A DNA stretch of 32,000 nucleotides from contig CP075337.1 of NCBI GenBank assembly GCA_025349965.1, forward strand, positions 390,001 through 422,000. Direction: 5' to 3'. The position numbers were made by a program, and so were the translations under genes. Below, piece by piece: positions 8,521-16,554 of the stretch (its first letter is position 1; each line of letters opens with the position of its first letter). This DNA comes from Candidatus Saccharimonadota bacterium (GTDB lineage: Bacteria; Patescibacteriota; Saccharimonadia; Saccharimonadales; Saccharimonadaceae). A model generated the notes under the pieces. The model was not told the DNA's origin and did not search any database. It worked only from the letters and a program-made list of their open reading frames with translations.

Positions 8521-9755
8521 GCGTAGACCCCTTCAAAGTTGGTGGCGAGCGACGGCGCTTTATAGTTATGAATACATTTCTTTGCAATGTCTGTCCATGA
8601 AATGCGTGTGTATTCATGGAGGACGTTTTTCTCAAGTGATGAACGAAGCGCGTCTGACTTAGCAATACCGACGAGTTGATCGGCAAGTTTGTCTGTATCC
8701 CAGAAGTCATAAGTGAAAATACTATTGAGTACTTCACTGACGCCAGATTGTTTTGTCATGATGAGCGCAGTATTATGATGTGCCGCTTCAAGCGCAGTAA
8801 GGCCGAACGGTTCACTGATTGAGCTTAAGACAAAGATGTCCGTTGCGCTATAAGCATCACGGAGCTGTTTTCCGCGCACAAAACCAGTAAAGAGTACTTT
8901 GTCCGAGACGCCATACTTTGCAGCCAGACGAATCAGTTCATCGCGCTGCTCGCCGTCGCCAGCCAAAAGAAGTACCAACTTTTCATGCTTCGTGGTTGCT
9001 TTTGCAAATGCTTCCATCAAGAAGGTGAGTCCCTTTTGAATAGTAAGGCGAGTAATAGCACTAATAACGGTGTAGCCATCTTTCTTGAGAGTTTCGACGT
9101 ACTTGTAGGTACGCTGGTCATATACATAGCTACTATCAAAGCTGGTCGTGTCGATGGCGTTGTGGACGACATCAACCTTATCTTCGGGAATGCCGTACTT
9201 TTCAACGATAATGCGCTTTGTGATGTCGCTAACGGCAATAATCCGGTCTGCCATCATCAACCCTTGGTATTCAATCTCATGAATAACTGGGTTGCCACTT
9301 GAGCCACCAGCGCGGTCAAATTCGGTTGCGTGCACGTGAATAACGAGCGGAACATTAAAGAGTTCTTTGGCGCGCATACCCGCTTCGGCAGTAAGCCAGT
9401 CGTGAGCGTGGATTGCATCATAGTGCTCTGTTTCGGTGAGAGATTCAACGTAACGGGTGTATTTCTTTTGAAGAGAGCGGATACTACCGGGGTGTTCCTC
9501 TGTGGTCGCCGTTTCGCCTTCGATAATTTCAGTATCGGTCGTATATGCGCCCATGCCAAATTTATGAAGCGGCGAATAATGAGTTGCGTGACGGACATTC
9601 ATGAAGGTGATGTCGTCATGCGGGGCGGTGTAGGGCACAACAAAATCAATTGACACGCCTTCATCAGCCAGCGCCTTAGAGAGATGATAACAGGCGACAC
9701 CAAGTCCACCGCTATTATGCGGAGGCAGTTCCCAACCCAGCATTAAAATTTTCAT
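8517..9755 (-). CDS. Glycogen/starch-synthase-like retaining glycosyltransferase (GT4/GT5 fold)
   Basis: I trimmed the start to ATG 9755 (MKILMLGWELPPHNSGGLGVACYHLSKAL, the typical N-terminal glycine-rich loop), giving 412 aa. The track ORF runs on to 9983, across a promoter and into the ndh gene. The stop overlaps the GH57 start (ATGA). Confidence 0.8.
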   Translation of the reverse strand: MKILMLGWELPPHNSGGLGVACYHLSKALADEGVSIDFVVPYTAPHDDITFMNVRHATHYSPLHKFGMGAYTTDTEIIEGETATTEEHPGSIRSLQKKYTRYVESLTETEHYDAIHAHDWLTAEAGMRAKELFNVPLVIHVHATEFDRAGGSSGNPVIHEIEYQGLMMADRIIAVSDITKRIIVEKYGIPEDKVDVVHNAIDTTSFDSSYVYDQRTYKYVETLKKDGYTVISAITRLTIQKGLTFLMEAFAKATTKHEKLVLLLAGDGEQRDELIRLAAKYGVSDKVLFTGFVRGKQLRDAYSATDIFVLSSISEPFGLTALEAAHHNTALIMTKQSGVSEVLNSIFTYDFWDTDKLADQLVGIAKSDALRSSLEKNVLHEYTRISWTDIAKKCIHNYKAPSLATNFEGVYA

Positions 9756-9785
9756 ACCTGTTACATTTACCCAAACTTTATCCTT

Positions 9786-9814
9786 ATTATAGATACAAGC
9801 GTAAGCATTTACAA
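9786..9814 (-). promoter_or_regulatory. Sigma70-type promoter of the GT-GH57-GH15-unknown operon
   Basis: The minus strand reads TTGTAA (9814-9809), a 17-nt spacer, then TATAAT (9791-9786). It lies about 30 nt upstream of ATG 9755. Confidence 0.65.
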
Positions 9815-9841
9815 TGCTAAAATGTGATATTCCTGAGAGTC

Positions 9842-10996
9842 CTAAAAATCCACTTCGTGGAGGTCGTGTGCGCGCCAAATTGCAAGTGCGGTTTTGAACG
9901 GAACAAGCCGTGTATAGCCATATAGTTCCATCATGCGGCGTACCCAAGCGCCAAACTTTCCAGCTACGTACACACCGTGCCACTCTACATAGGCCCAGCC
10001 CTCGCTGGTCGGAACGCCAGAGGGTACAGAATGTGGACGGAACTTCTTTTGAGCACGCTTTGTCGCTAGGCGTGTGATGTTCTTTGCAACATGTGTTGCT
10101 TGAATCATTGCCGGAAGTGCCATGCCACTAAATTTCACGGTGTTATTGTCACCAAGCACGTAAATGTGCGGAGCGCCTTCAAGATAGGGGTTTACCTCAA
10201 CACGCCCAGCTGGATTGAGCGTAAAGAGATCACTGTGATTGGTGAAGAATGGATTATTCGCCACGCCCGATGTCCATACTGCGGCACTGGTTGCGTATTC
10301 TTTACCATCAATAGTAATGGTATCTTTATCAAGCGCTTCCACTTTCTTATTAACGCGAACAGCAATACCTTTTTTACGAAGTTCCTTCATCACTTTTTTA
10401 GAAGCGGTTGTAGAGCTGCGCGGAAGAATGCGGGGAGCCGCTTCAATAACTGACACCTTTGCTTTTGACTTTGGGAGACGGTGAAGCACCTTGAGCGACT
10501 GAAGATATTCATGAAGCGCACCAGCAAGCTCAATACCAGTTGGGCCGCCACCGATAATAAAGTACTCGGGGTTGAGTTTTTGCTCAACAACTTCATTGTA
10601 CACATGGGAGTGGAAGGCTTGAATCTCATCAAGGCTCTTAATACCAAATGAGTGCTTATCCATACCCTTAATACCAAAGTAGGTCGTCACAGAGCCCATT
10701 GCAAGGATGAGTTTGTCATACTTGTAGTCTTTTGCGCCTGTTACAAGCTTGCGTTGCGGGTCAAGGCTGGTGATAGTATCGTGCACGACGTCAACATTTG
10801 GATGCGCAGCAAAGATATTCTCAAGGGGAATAACTGACTCCGCCATGTTTTTACCAGTTGCAGTGGCATACAGTGTGGCGTGATGGAGAAAGTATGGCTC
10901 ATCTGAAATAAGGGTAATCTTGCCAATGCGGCGCTTGCTTAGTTCGAGCGCAGCCTTTACTCCAGCGAATCCGCCACCAACAATAACAACTTTCAT
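9842..10996 (-). CDS. ndh: Type II NADH dehydrogenase (NDH-2) / FAD-dependent pyridine-nucleotide oxidoreductase
   Basis: 384-aa ORF. It has an N-terminal Rossmann motif MKVVIVGGGFAGVKAA, a second dinucleotide-binding motif FIIGGGPTGIELAG and a VLGD motif. AAGGGGG lies upstream of the start. Confidence 0.8.
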   Translation of the reverse strand: MKVVIVGGGFAGVKAALELSKRRIGKITLISDEPYFLHHATLYATATGKNMAESVIPLENIFAAHPNVDVVHDTITSLDPQRKLVTGAKDYKYDKLILAMGSVTTYFGIKGMDKHSFGIKSLDEIQAFHSHVYNEVVEQKLNPEYFIIGGGPTGIELAGALHEYLQSLKVLHRLPKSKAKVSVIEAAPRILPRSSTTASKKVMKELRKKGIAVRVNKKVEALDKDTITIDGKEYATSAAVWTSGVANNPFFTNHSDLFTLNPAGRVEVNPYLEGAPHIYVLGDNNTVKFSGMALPAMIQATHVAKNITRLATKRAQKKFRPHSVPSGVPTSEGWAYVEWHGVYVAGKFGAWVRRMMELYGYTRLVPFKTALAIWRAHDLHEVDF

Positions 10997-11106
10997 ACAC
11001 CCCCTTAGTTTAGGTATTTTTACATTCGTTATGCTTATGGTAGCAAAAAAGAGCCATAACGGTAAAGAATATTATTTCAAAAGGCGACAGCGGTGCGTAT
11101 ACTAAC

Positions 11107-12051
11107 ATGTATATGGATACATTTTTTGAAGATATTAGCCGCGAGACAAGTGAATTTTTTGCCCAGCCAACTGCCTATAGGTCAGTGCTTATTTTAATCG
11201 CCACCATTATAGGTGCTTATATTGCCAGCCGTTTCTTGGCAAAGGCTATTGTGTTTCTTGCACAGAGAGTCGCTGTGCGCAGTGAAGCTGTCTCTGACGA
11301 AGCGAAGTCTATTCGTTTGCGCCAAGTAGAAACGTACCTCAGTATTACCGTGGCAATTGTGCGCGCTGCTGTAGTAGCCGTGGCGGCGTATGTCGCCTGG
11401 CGTCTTATTAGCCCTGTTTCAAGCAGTGGCGCTGCTGCCATTGGGGCGAGCGCATTCTTTATTGTCTTTGCTGGGCAGACACTCGGTATGGTGCTGCGTG
11501 ACCTTACCGCAGGCGTCATTATGATTACCGAAGGTTGGTTTCATGTAGGTGATTACATTAAAATTGAACCGTTTATTGACGTGACTGGCGTAGTCGAGCG
11601 TTTTACGCTTCGCTCTACGAAGATCCGCAGCCTGAGTGGTGAGGTGGTCTGGGTTCACAACCAGCAAATTCAAGCCGTGCATGTAACGCCAAATGGTGTG
11701 CGCACCCTTGCGGTCGACCTTTTTACGCGTGATATTGAGACCGCTAAAGCTGTTGTCGAAGATATTATTGCAACGCTGCCAGTTGGCGCGTCGTTGCTTC
11801 CAAAGCCGGTGAAAATTAAGAAGATCGAAGAATGGGGGAATGGTATGTCCCGCATTGTCGTGACCGGACAGACCGCCCCTGGTCGTGAATGGCTAATTGA
11901 AAAGTATTTCGTTGATGCTATTAAGGAAGTTGACGAAGACAAGAAAGATAAATCAAGCCACGTCTTCATCTACGATCCAATTGCTCGCTACGCTGACCCG
12001 GTAGCCGACAGGAAATTCAAGCGCGCTATCCGAGTAAAGCGCGAGAGTTAA
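11107..12051 (+). CDS. Mechanosensitive ion channel (MscS family)
   Basis: 314-aa ORF with N-terminal TM helices and an MscS beta-domain signature (GDYIKIEPFIDVTGVVERFTLRSTKIRSLSGEVVWVHNQQI). The start could instead be ATG 11113, since TATACT sits at 11098-11103. Confidence 0.8.
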   Translation: MYMDTFFEDISRETSEFFAQPTAYRSVLILIATIIGAYIASRFLAKAIVFLAQRVAVRSEAVSDEAKSIRLRQVETYLSITVAIVRAAVVAVAAYVAWRLISPVSSSGAAAIGASAFFIVFAGQTLGMVLRDLTAGVIMITEGWFHVGDYIKIEPFIDVTGVVERFTLRSTKIRSLSGEVVWVHNQQIQAVHVTPNGVRTLAVDLFTRDIETAKAVVEDIIATLPVGASLLPKPVKIKKIEEWGNGMSRIVVTGQTAPGREWLIEKYFVDAIKEVDEDKKDKSSHVFIYDPIARYADPVADRKFKRAIRVKRES

Positions 12052-12112
12052 CCTCTAGCCCTTTTGGTAGGAATTTGGTACACTAACTAAGTACTTTCCG
12101 AAAGGGAATTAA

Positions 12113-12187
12113 AGGGGCATAGTACAACGGCTAGTATATGGGTCTCCAAAACCTAGGATCGTGGTTCGATTCCACGTGCCCCTGCCA
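12113..12187 (+). tRNA. tRNA-Trp (anticodon CCA), CCA end encoded
   Basis: 75-nt cloverleaf. Acceptor AGGGGCA/TGCCCCT, anticodon stem TGGGT/ACCTA with loop CTCCAAA, T arm CGTGG-TTCGATT-CCACG, then G-CCA. TGgTACACT lies upstream at 12076-12084. Confidence 0.9.
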
Positions 12188-12190
12188 AAG

Positions 12191-12226
12191 AAAAAAGATC
12201 AGTCCAAGGATTGGTCTTTTTTCTTT
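12191..12226. terminator. Intrinsic terminator after tRNA-Trp (A-run upstream, so possibly bidirectional)
   Basis: AAAAAA-GATCAGTCC-aa-GGATTGGTC-TTTTTTCTTT. The stem includes two G-U pairs. Confidence 0.6.
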
Positions 12227-12285
12227 AAAATTGATTAAGTGCGACGGCCTACCTGACCGTTCGAATCCAGAAGACAGCAAGCGTG

Positions 12286-13347
12286 TTACATATTTGGAAA
12301 TGTATTTTTGGCATTTGTGTTAAAGATTGATTCTAGCGATGAATCTTCTTCGTCTGTATTGTGGCTTAAGGTACGTACGCTGTCTATGATTGCGCTAATC
12401 TGGCGCCAGTGGCTATGTACAAGGGGTGTCGTAATGAGGTGTCTCCATTTCTTCTGCTCAGCTTGATTAGCCCAGTGGTACGGATAGTCTGTTAACACTC
12501 TGTCCCTTTGAAGGTCTGGATTGAAGAACGATGCGATGCGCATAAGATTGAGGGGCTCATCTGATCCGTAGAGGATGCGTTCTGCTCCAAGATGTTCCAA
12601 GGCCTCTGTTACGATGGTCGCGTTGTCTACCATTGCTGTATCTACTAAGATGTTGGGGTGTTTTGAAAGTGATTCGAGAGTTGATCCGAGTTCGGGTTTG
12701 GGGACGTTCGCTACGCCAATATGCGCGAGGATGATTTTTAGGTCAGGGTATTTTTCGGCCACGTCTATAGCCTCATTTGAAGACTCGTAAAGTGATTTGG
12801 GGAGATGTAATATGATGGGCACTTCTTGTCTTTGTGCCACCTCAAGAACCTGATGGGGAAAATACTCGTACACAGTTTCTTTTGGAGGTATTGAGTTTAG
12901 GTAATACATTTTTAGAGCAGAGTAGTTGCCTGTTTCAAGCTCACTAATAGTATAGTCAATCTCCTCCGGAGAGTTACTGAGTCCAAAAAGCGCTACGCTG
13001 TCTTTTTCGGTGTTTTCTGACTTAATATATTCAGTGACTGCTCTTTGTCCAAGATTTGGGTAGACATGCGCAAATCGAATCTTATGGATCTCTTTTCCCG
13101 GCATGAGCTTTCGGTCGATTTCTTGAGACTGTTCGATATCAACCTGAGGGAATGTGCTCATCATATGCGCCTTTATATGAGAGGGCATATCGTACTCATC
13201 TATAAATCGCTGATGGCTTGCGTGGGTATGTGCATCAATTATAGTATCCGGAAGGAGGGGTAAGGTCGCTTCGCGGATTTGCAGTTCGTCTTCGTTTAGG
13301 TTAAGCGCATTTTCAAAATATGCATCAAAATTAATTTTAGCTTCCAT
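12286..13347 (-). CDS. Metal-dependent TIM-barrel hydrolase, Amidohydro_2-like
   Basis: 353-aa ORF with the spaced metal ligands typical of the family: IIDAHTHA (HxH), ILHLP, ILAHIG and YGSDEP. It has a GAGGAG SD and its own promoter. Confidence 0.7.
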   Translation of the reverse strand: MEAKINFDAYFENALNLNEDELQIREATLPLLPDTIIDAHTHASHQRFIDEYDMPSHIKAHMMSTFPQVDIEQSQEIDRKLMPGKEIHKIRFAHVYPNLGQRAVTEYIKSENTEKDSVALFGLSNSPEEIDYTISELETGNYSALKMYYLNSIPPKETVYEYFPHQVLEVAQRQEVPIILHLPKSLYESSNEAIDVAEKYPDLKIILAHIGVANVPKPELGSTLESLSKHPNILVDTAMVDNATIVTEALEHLGAERILYGSDEPLNLMRIASFFNPDLQRDRVLTDYPYHWANQAEQKKWRHLITTPLVHSHWRQISAIIDSVRTLSHNTDEEDSSLESIFNTNAKNTFPNM

Positions 13348-13393
13348 ATCAATGCGCTCCTCGTCGACGTAGGCGACCTATAGTGTGACTATA

Positions 13394-13422
13394 CTTATAC
13401 TATCTTTGTTATATTTGGTCAA
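13394..13422 (-). promoter_or_regulatory. Sigma70-type promoter for the amidohydrolase gene
   Basis: The minus strand reads TTGACC (13422-13417), a 17-nt spacer, then TATAAG (13399-13394). Confidence 0.6.
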
Positions 13423-13478
13423 TCAGTCTACTCCACCCTGCATAGACGTCGAGGCTATATGCATAAGGGGTATTTAGG

Positions 13479-13507
13479 TTGCAATAATCTATTTTATATG
13501 CTATAAG
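13479..13507 (+). promoter_or_regulatory. Sigma70-type promoter for the HisRS-paralogue/hisS pair (divergent from the one above)
   Basis: TTGCAA (13479-13484), a 17-nt spacer, then TATAAG (13502-13507) with TG at -15/-14. It leaves a leader of about 90 nt carrying an AGGAG SD. Confidence 0.55.
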
Positions 13508-13605
13508 TACACTTACCCAACGCACTGTGTTGTGTTGGTCGGGCGCTTACTTTTGTAATTGAGTTCGAGTACCTTAACAGTTATGACAATAGGAGTGTGA
13601 TTTAA

Positions 13606-14790
13606 ATGCAAGGCTTCGATGAATTCGTGGGGGTTAAGCTTGAAAAAGCTGACTTCGTTTCCCGCGTGTTGACGGACCTGGTTCGTCATACTGGCTACCA
13701 GCAAATTGCCATCCCGGTCGTCGAGCGAGCCTCTTCCTTTTCGGAGGAGGTTGTTGGCGAGTCGCCCTGGCCAGGGTTTAGCGAGGAGGGGTGTTTTCAC
13801 TTCGAAATCAAGGACTACGGTAAGAGCTATGACGACGTCGTGGCAACGCACCGGGTTCTGCTTGTGCCGGAAGGCACAACTTCGATTACGCGCTGGCTCG
13901 GTAATGCGCTGGATCACCGAGGTGTCGAGCTCCCGCTTCGGGTGTTCTACTACCTCAAGTGCTTTCGCAATGAGTTGATCTCAAGCCTTTCGGATGTGAA
14001 GAGGCGTGAGTTTGCTCAGTTCGGAACCGAGATCATGGGCGATGATAGCATCATGTCCGAAGTTGAGACGATTAGGATTATTATCCTTGCTCTCGAGAGC
14101 TTCGGTATCACGCGCGACACCGTTCATGTCCGCTTTAACGACATCTCAGTCTTCAACATGCTTGTTGAGGAGTCGGGGCTGGAGGACCGGCGTGTCCCTA
14201 TCAAGGAGCAGCTTGACTCCCTGGCGGGGGTTAAGGCTGGAAAGCGCCCGGAGCGCTACGATCAGATTATTGCCACGCTCGATCATGAGCTGGCACACCT
14301 GAGCGATGAGCTTCGGGAGAAGTGGGATGCGATCATCTTTCAGCGGGATTATTCCGTTGAGAGCGCTGCTCGTGTATTTGGCGATGCTTATGAAGAGCAT
14401 TTTCGTAACCTCGTCTCTATCCGAGAGGCATTTGCCCTGTGTGATATCCAGATCGATTTGGATTTGTGCGTCATTCGCTCGCACCAGTACTACACGAGTA
14501 TGTCCTTCGAGGTGGATGTTATCGGTGCACACGGAAAGTATGCCGAAATTGCGGGCGGTGGTCGTTACGATCGCCTTGTCAGCAGTTTCATTTGCGATGA
14601 GTCGACAACGGAGATTGTGCCGTGTGTCGGATTCGCCTTTGGTATGGAGCGCTTTATTGAGCTTCTTGACTCCGAAGGTGCGTTCGATCGGCCGGTGACC
14701 GTAACGTCACGATTCGACTTCACGGACGATGTTCGTAATACGTCTTCGGACAGCATCATGGAAACAGTTAGGAAGGCCCTTTCTCTGTAG
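13606..14790 (+). CDS. Histidyl-tRNA-synthetase-like class II paralogue lacking the anticodon-binding domain (HisZ-like architecture)
   Basis: 394-aa ORF with the motifs LVPEGTTSITRW, FRNE...KRREFAQFGTEIMG (motif 2), IRSHQYYT, AGGGRYDRL and GFAFGMERF (motif 3). The protein ends about 35 aa after motif 3. Confidence 0.75.
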   Translation: MQGFDEFVGVKLEKADFVSRVLTDLVRHTGYQQIAIPVVERASSFSEEVVGESPWPGFSEEGCFHFEIKDYGKSYDDVVATHRVLLVPEGTTSITRWLGNALDHRGVELPLRVFYYLKCFRNELISSLSDVKRREFAQFGTEIMGDDSIMSEVETIRIIILALESFGITRDTVHVRFNDISVFNMLVEESGLEDRRVPIKEQLDSLAGVKAGKRPERYDQIIATLDHELAHLSDELREKWDAIIFQRDYSVESAARVFGDAYEEHFRNLVSIREAFALCDIQIDLDLCVIRSHQYYTSMSFEVDVIGAHGKYAEIAGGGRYDRLVSSFICDESTTEIVPCVGFAFGMERFIELLDSEGAFDRPVTVTSRFDFTDDVRNTSSDSIMETVRKALSL

Positions 14791-14793
14791 ATA

Positions 14794-14802
14794 TGGTATA
14801 AT
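14794..14802 (+). promoter_or_regulatory. Internal extended -10 promoter (TGgTATAAT) in front of hisS
   Basis: It lies in the 35-nt gap between the paralogue and hisS and is followed by a GGAG SD. Confidence 0.4.
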
Positions 14803-14825
14803 AACCAGATGGAGAAAAGTGTATC

Positions 14826-16082
14826 ATGAAAAAAATACCAGTTCGCGGAATGCGAGACATACTACCCACTGATATGGTTCTTCGCCAGTACCTTCTCGAC
14901 ATCGTTGAGCGGGTAGCCACGGGCGCCGGATATCAGAAAATTGAAACTCCGGCAATCGAGCACTTGGAGAATCTTTCGAGCAATGATGGGGGAGAGAACG
15001 AGACCCTCATCTTCAAGGTACTTAAACGGGGTCGCTCGCTTGAGAAGGCGATCGATGCTGGCGAGTCCCTTGCCGACAGTGCACTCCGATACGACCTGAC
15101 AGTGCCTCTTTCGAGGTATATTGCAGCTAACGCCGGGAGCATTTCAATGCCCCTGAAGACGCTGCAGATTGGTCCGGTTTGGAGGGCTGATGCACCCCAA
15201 AAGGGTCGCTTCCGTCAATTCCTTCAGTGTGACATGGACGTTATCGGCGCATCAACTGTACTTGCAGAGATGGACATCATCAAGACAACTGTTGAGATCT
15301 TGTCAAAAATCTGCAACGATTCTGGAATTAGCGGTCTTACGGTTCACCTTAACGATCGTCGTATTCTTCTTGCGGCGGCTAGCTACGCTGGCTTTAGCGA
15401 AGAAGAGTCCGGAGGTGTTTTGATATCCCTCGACAAGAACGATAAAATCGGACTTGAGGGTGTGAGAAAAGAACTCCTTGACCACGGTTTTGGTGACGAG
15501 AAGGTTGGGAAATTCATTTCGCTCTTTGAGCGAGCTGGTGAAGGTATTTCAATCTTTGATTTCTGTCGCCAGCTTGGCGAAGGAGCCGTAGAAGGTTCTG
15601 TACTCGAGGACCTTGACGCCATCATGTCACTGGAAGATTCACTGCAAAGTGAAAACGCGAGTGTCATTTTCGATCCAACACTTGTTCGTGGAATGGGCTA
15701 CTACACTGGTCCGATCTTCGAATGTACGGTGGATGGGTTCGGCTCGTCTGTTGCCGGTGGCGGTAGGTACGACAAGATGATCGGCAAGTTCAGCGGCAAC
15801 GTTGATATCGCAGCGTGTGGTTTCTCGATTGGCTTTGAGCGAATCATAACAATCTTGGGAGATGTAGGGTTTACCCCGCCAAATACTCAGGAGCGTGTTG
15901 CACTGCTGGTTGACCGCAAGGTGCCAGTTGAGAAATACGCACAAGTCCTTCGAGATGCTGATGACCTGCGCGCTTCAGGTGCACTTGTCTCGGTACTGCC
16001 TATGGCAAAAAACACACGACACCAGGTTGAACTGTTAGAGGGAAGCGGTTACACGAGATTTGAAAAGATCTACGCAAACTGA
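14826..16082 (+). CDS. hisS: Histidine--tRNA ligase (archaeal/eukaryote-like sequence style)
   Basis: 418-aa ORF with RGMRD, LRYDLTVPLSRY, WRADAPQKGRFRQFLQCDMDVIG (motif 2), RGMGYYTG, GGGRYD and GFSIGFERI (motif 3). A C-terminal region of about 85 aa looks like an alpha/beta anticodon-binding domain. Confidence 0.85.
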   Translation: MKKIPVRGMRDILPTDMVLRQYLLDIVERVATGAGYQKIETPAIEHLENLSSNDGGENETLIFKVLKRGRSLEKAIDAGESLADSALRYDLTVPLSRYIAANAGSISMPLKTLQIGPVWRADAPQKGRFRQFLQCDMDVIGASTVLAEMDIIKTTVEILSKICNDSGISGLTVHLNDRRILLAAASYAGFSEEESGGVLISLDKNDKIGLEGVRKELLDHGFGDEKVGKFISLFERAGEGISIFDFCRQLGEGAVEGSVLEDLDAIMSLEDSLQSENASVIFDPTLVRGMGYYTGPIFECTVDGFGSSVAGGGRYDKMIGKFSGNVDIAACGFSIGFERIITILGDVGFTPPNTQERVALLVDRKVPVEKYAQVLRDADDLRASGALVSVLPMAKNTRHQVELLEGSGYTRFEKIYAN

Positions 16083-16121
16083 CGCCCTGCCCGGTCACAG
16101 CCTTGAGTTGTAACTAGGTAT

Positions 16122-16156
16122 AGTGCCCGACTGGACAATTTGTTCGGTCGGGCACT
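16122..16156. terminator. Strong 10-bp hairpin between convergent genes (no U-tract)
   Basis: AGTGCCCGAC, a 15-nt loop, then GTCGGGCACT. There is no T-run on either strand, so it is not a canonical intrinsic terminator. Confidence 0.35.
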
Positions 16157-16233
16157 ACTAATAGCATTATCTCTCTGCCCTGTACACGTTAAAGGGTGTA
16201 GAGACTATGCTATTGTCATTATGAATAATGCTA

Positions 16234-16494
16234 TCAGATAGTATCTTTAGGGTAGCGTAGTGGGAGCATGTCAACTGGAAGCCTTAGCGCCCTCGATAGC
16301 CGCTCTAGTTGCTGGAATTTTCCGTACTTTATTTGCACATCACTCGCACTGTAAAGTCGGTAATAATGATCAAAATGCCGCTTCTCGCCACTAAACGAGG
16401 TAGCAGTGGTAGGCTCATCAATCCGTACAATATACCAACCCTCCGGTTCCTCGGCGAGTATTCGACGCAATTTTTCATAGTGGTTAAATGCCAT
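16234..16494 (-). CDS. Small hypothetical protein (86 aa)
   Basis: Clean ORF divergent from padR. I recognise no motif and it is not hydrophobic. Confidence 0.5.
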   Translation of the reverse strand: MAFNHYEKLRRILAEEPEGWYIVRIDEPTTATSFSGEKRHFDHYYRLYSASDVQIKYGKFQQLERLSRALRLPVDMLPLRYPKDTI

Positions 16495-16519
16495 AGCTAT
16501 ATATTATTGTAGCAGGGTA

Positions 16520-16548
16520 TTGACATTCAATAGTACTTTGCATAACAT
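16520..16548 (+). promoter_or_regulatory. Sigma70 promoter of the padR-pspC unit (leaderless geometry)
   Basis: TTGACA (16520-16525), a 17-nt spacer, then TAACAT (16543-16548), with the ATG 6 nt later at 16555. Confidence 0.6.
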
Positions 16549-16554
16549 AGAACT

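Noticed and set aside
9756-9983. The track ORF 8517-9983 would give the glycosyltransferase a 76-aa N-terminal extension.
   Set aside because: The extension runs across a near-consensus promoter and overlaps the 3' end of the ndh gene (9842-10996). It also has a non-protein-like composition. The canonical GT N-terminus MKILMLGWELPP starts at ATG 9755.
12241-12285. A tRNA-like T-loop fragment (GACCGTTCGAATCCAG) just downstream of tRNA-Trp, possibly an att-site remnant of an integrated element.
   Set aside because: The flanking bases do not form a T stem, and no acceptor or anticodon arms can be folded. It does not match the 3' end of tRNA-Trp (TTCGATTCCACG), and no integrase is nearby. It is probably a chance match.
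12138-12323. ORF 12138-12323(+), 61 aa, overlapping tRNA-Trp.
   Set aside because: It starts inside the tRNA gene and crosses the terminator, so it is an artefact of ORF calling.
13348-13605. A possible T-box, His-attenuator or other riboswitch leader upstream of the HisRS-like genes.
   Set aside because: No T-box consensus (GGGTGGTACCGCG-like) is present on the coding strand; only CCACCC at 13433-13438, which reads GGGTGG on the opposite strand. The sole uORF (ATGACAATAGGAGTGTGA) has no His codons. There is no terminator/antiterminator pair that I could fold.
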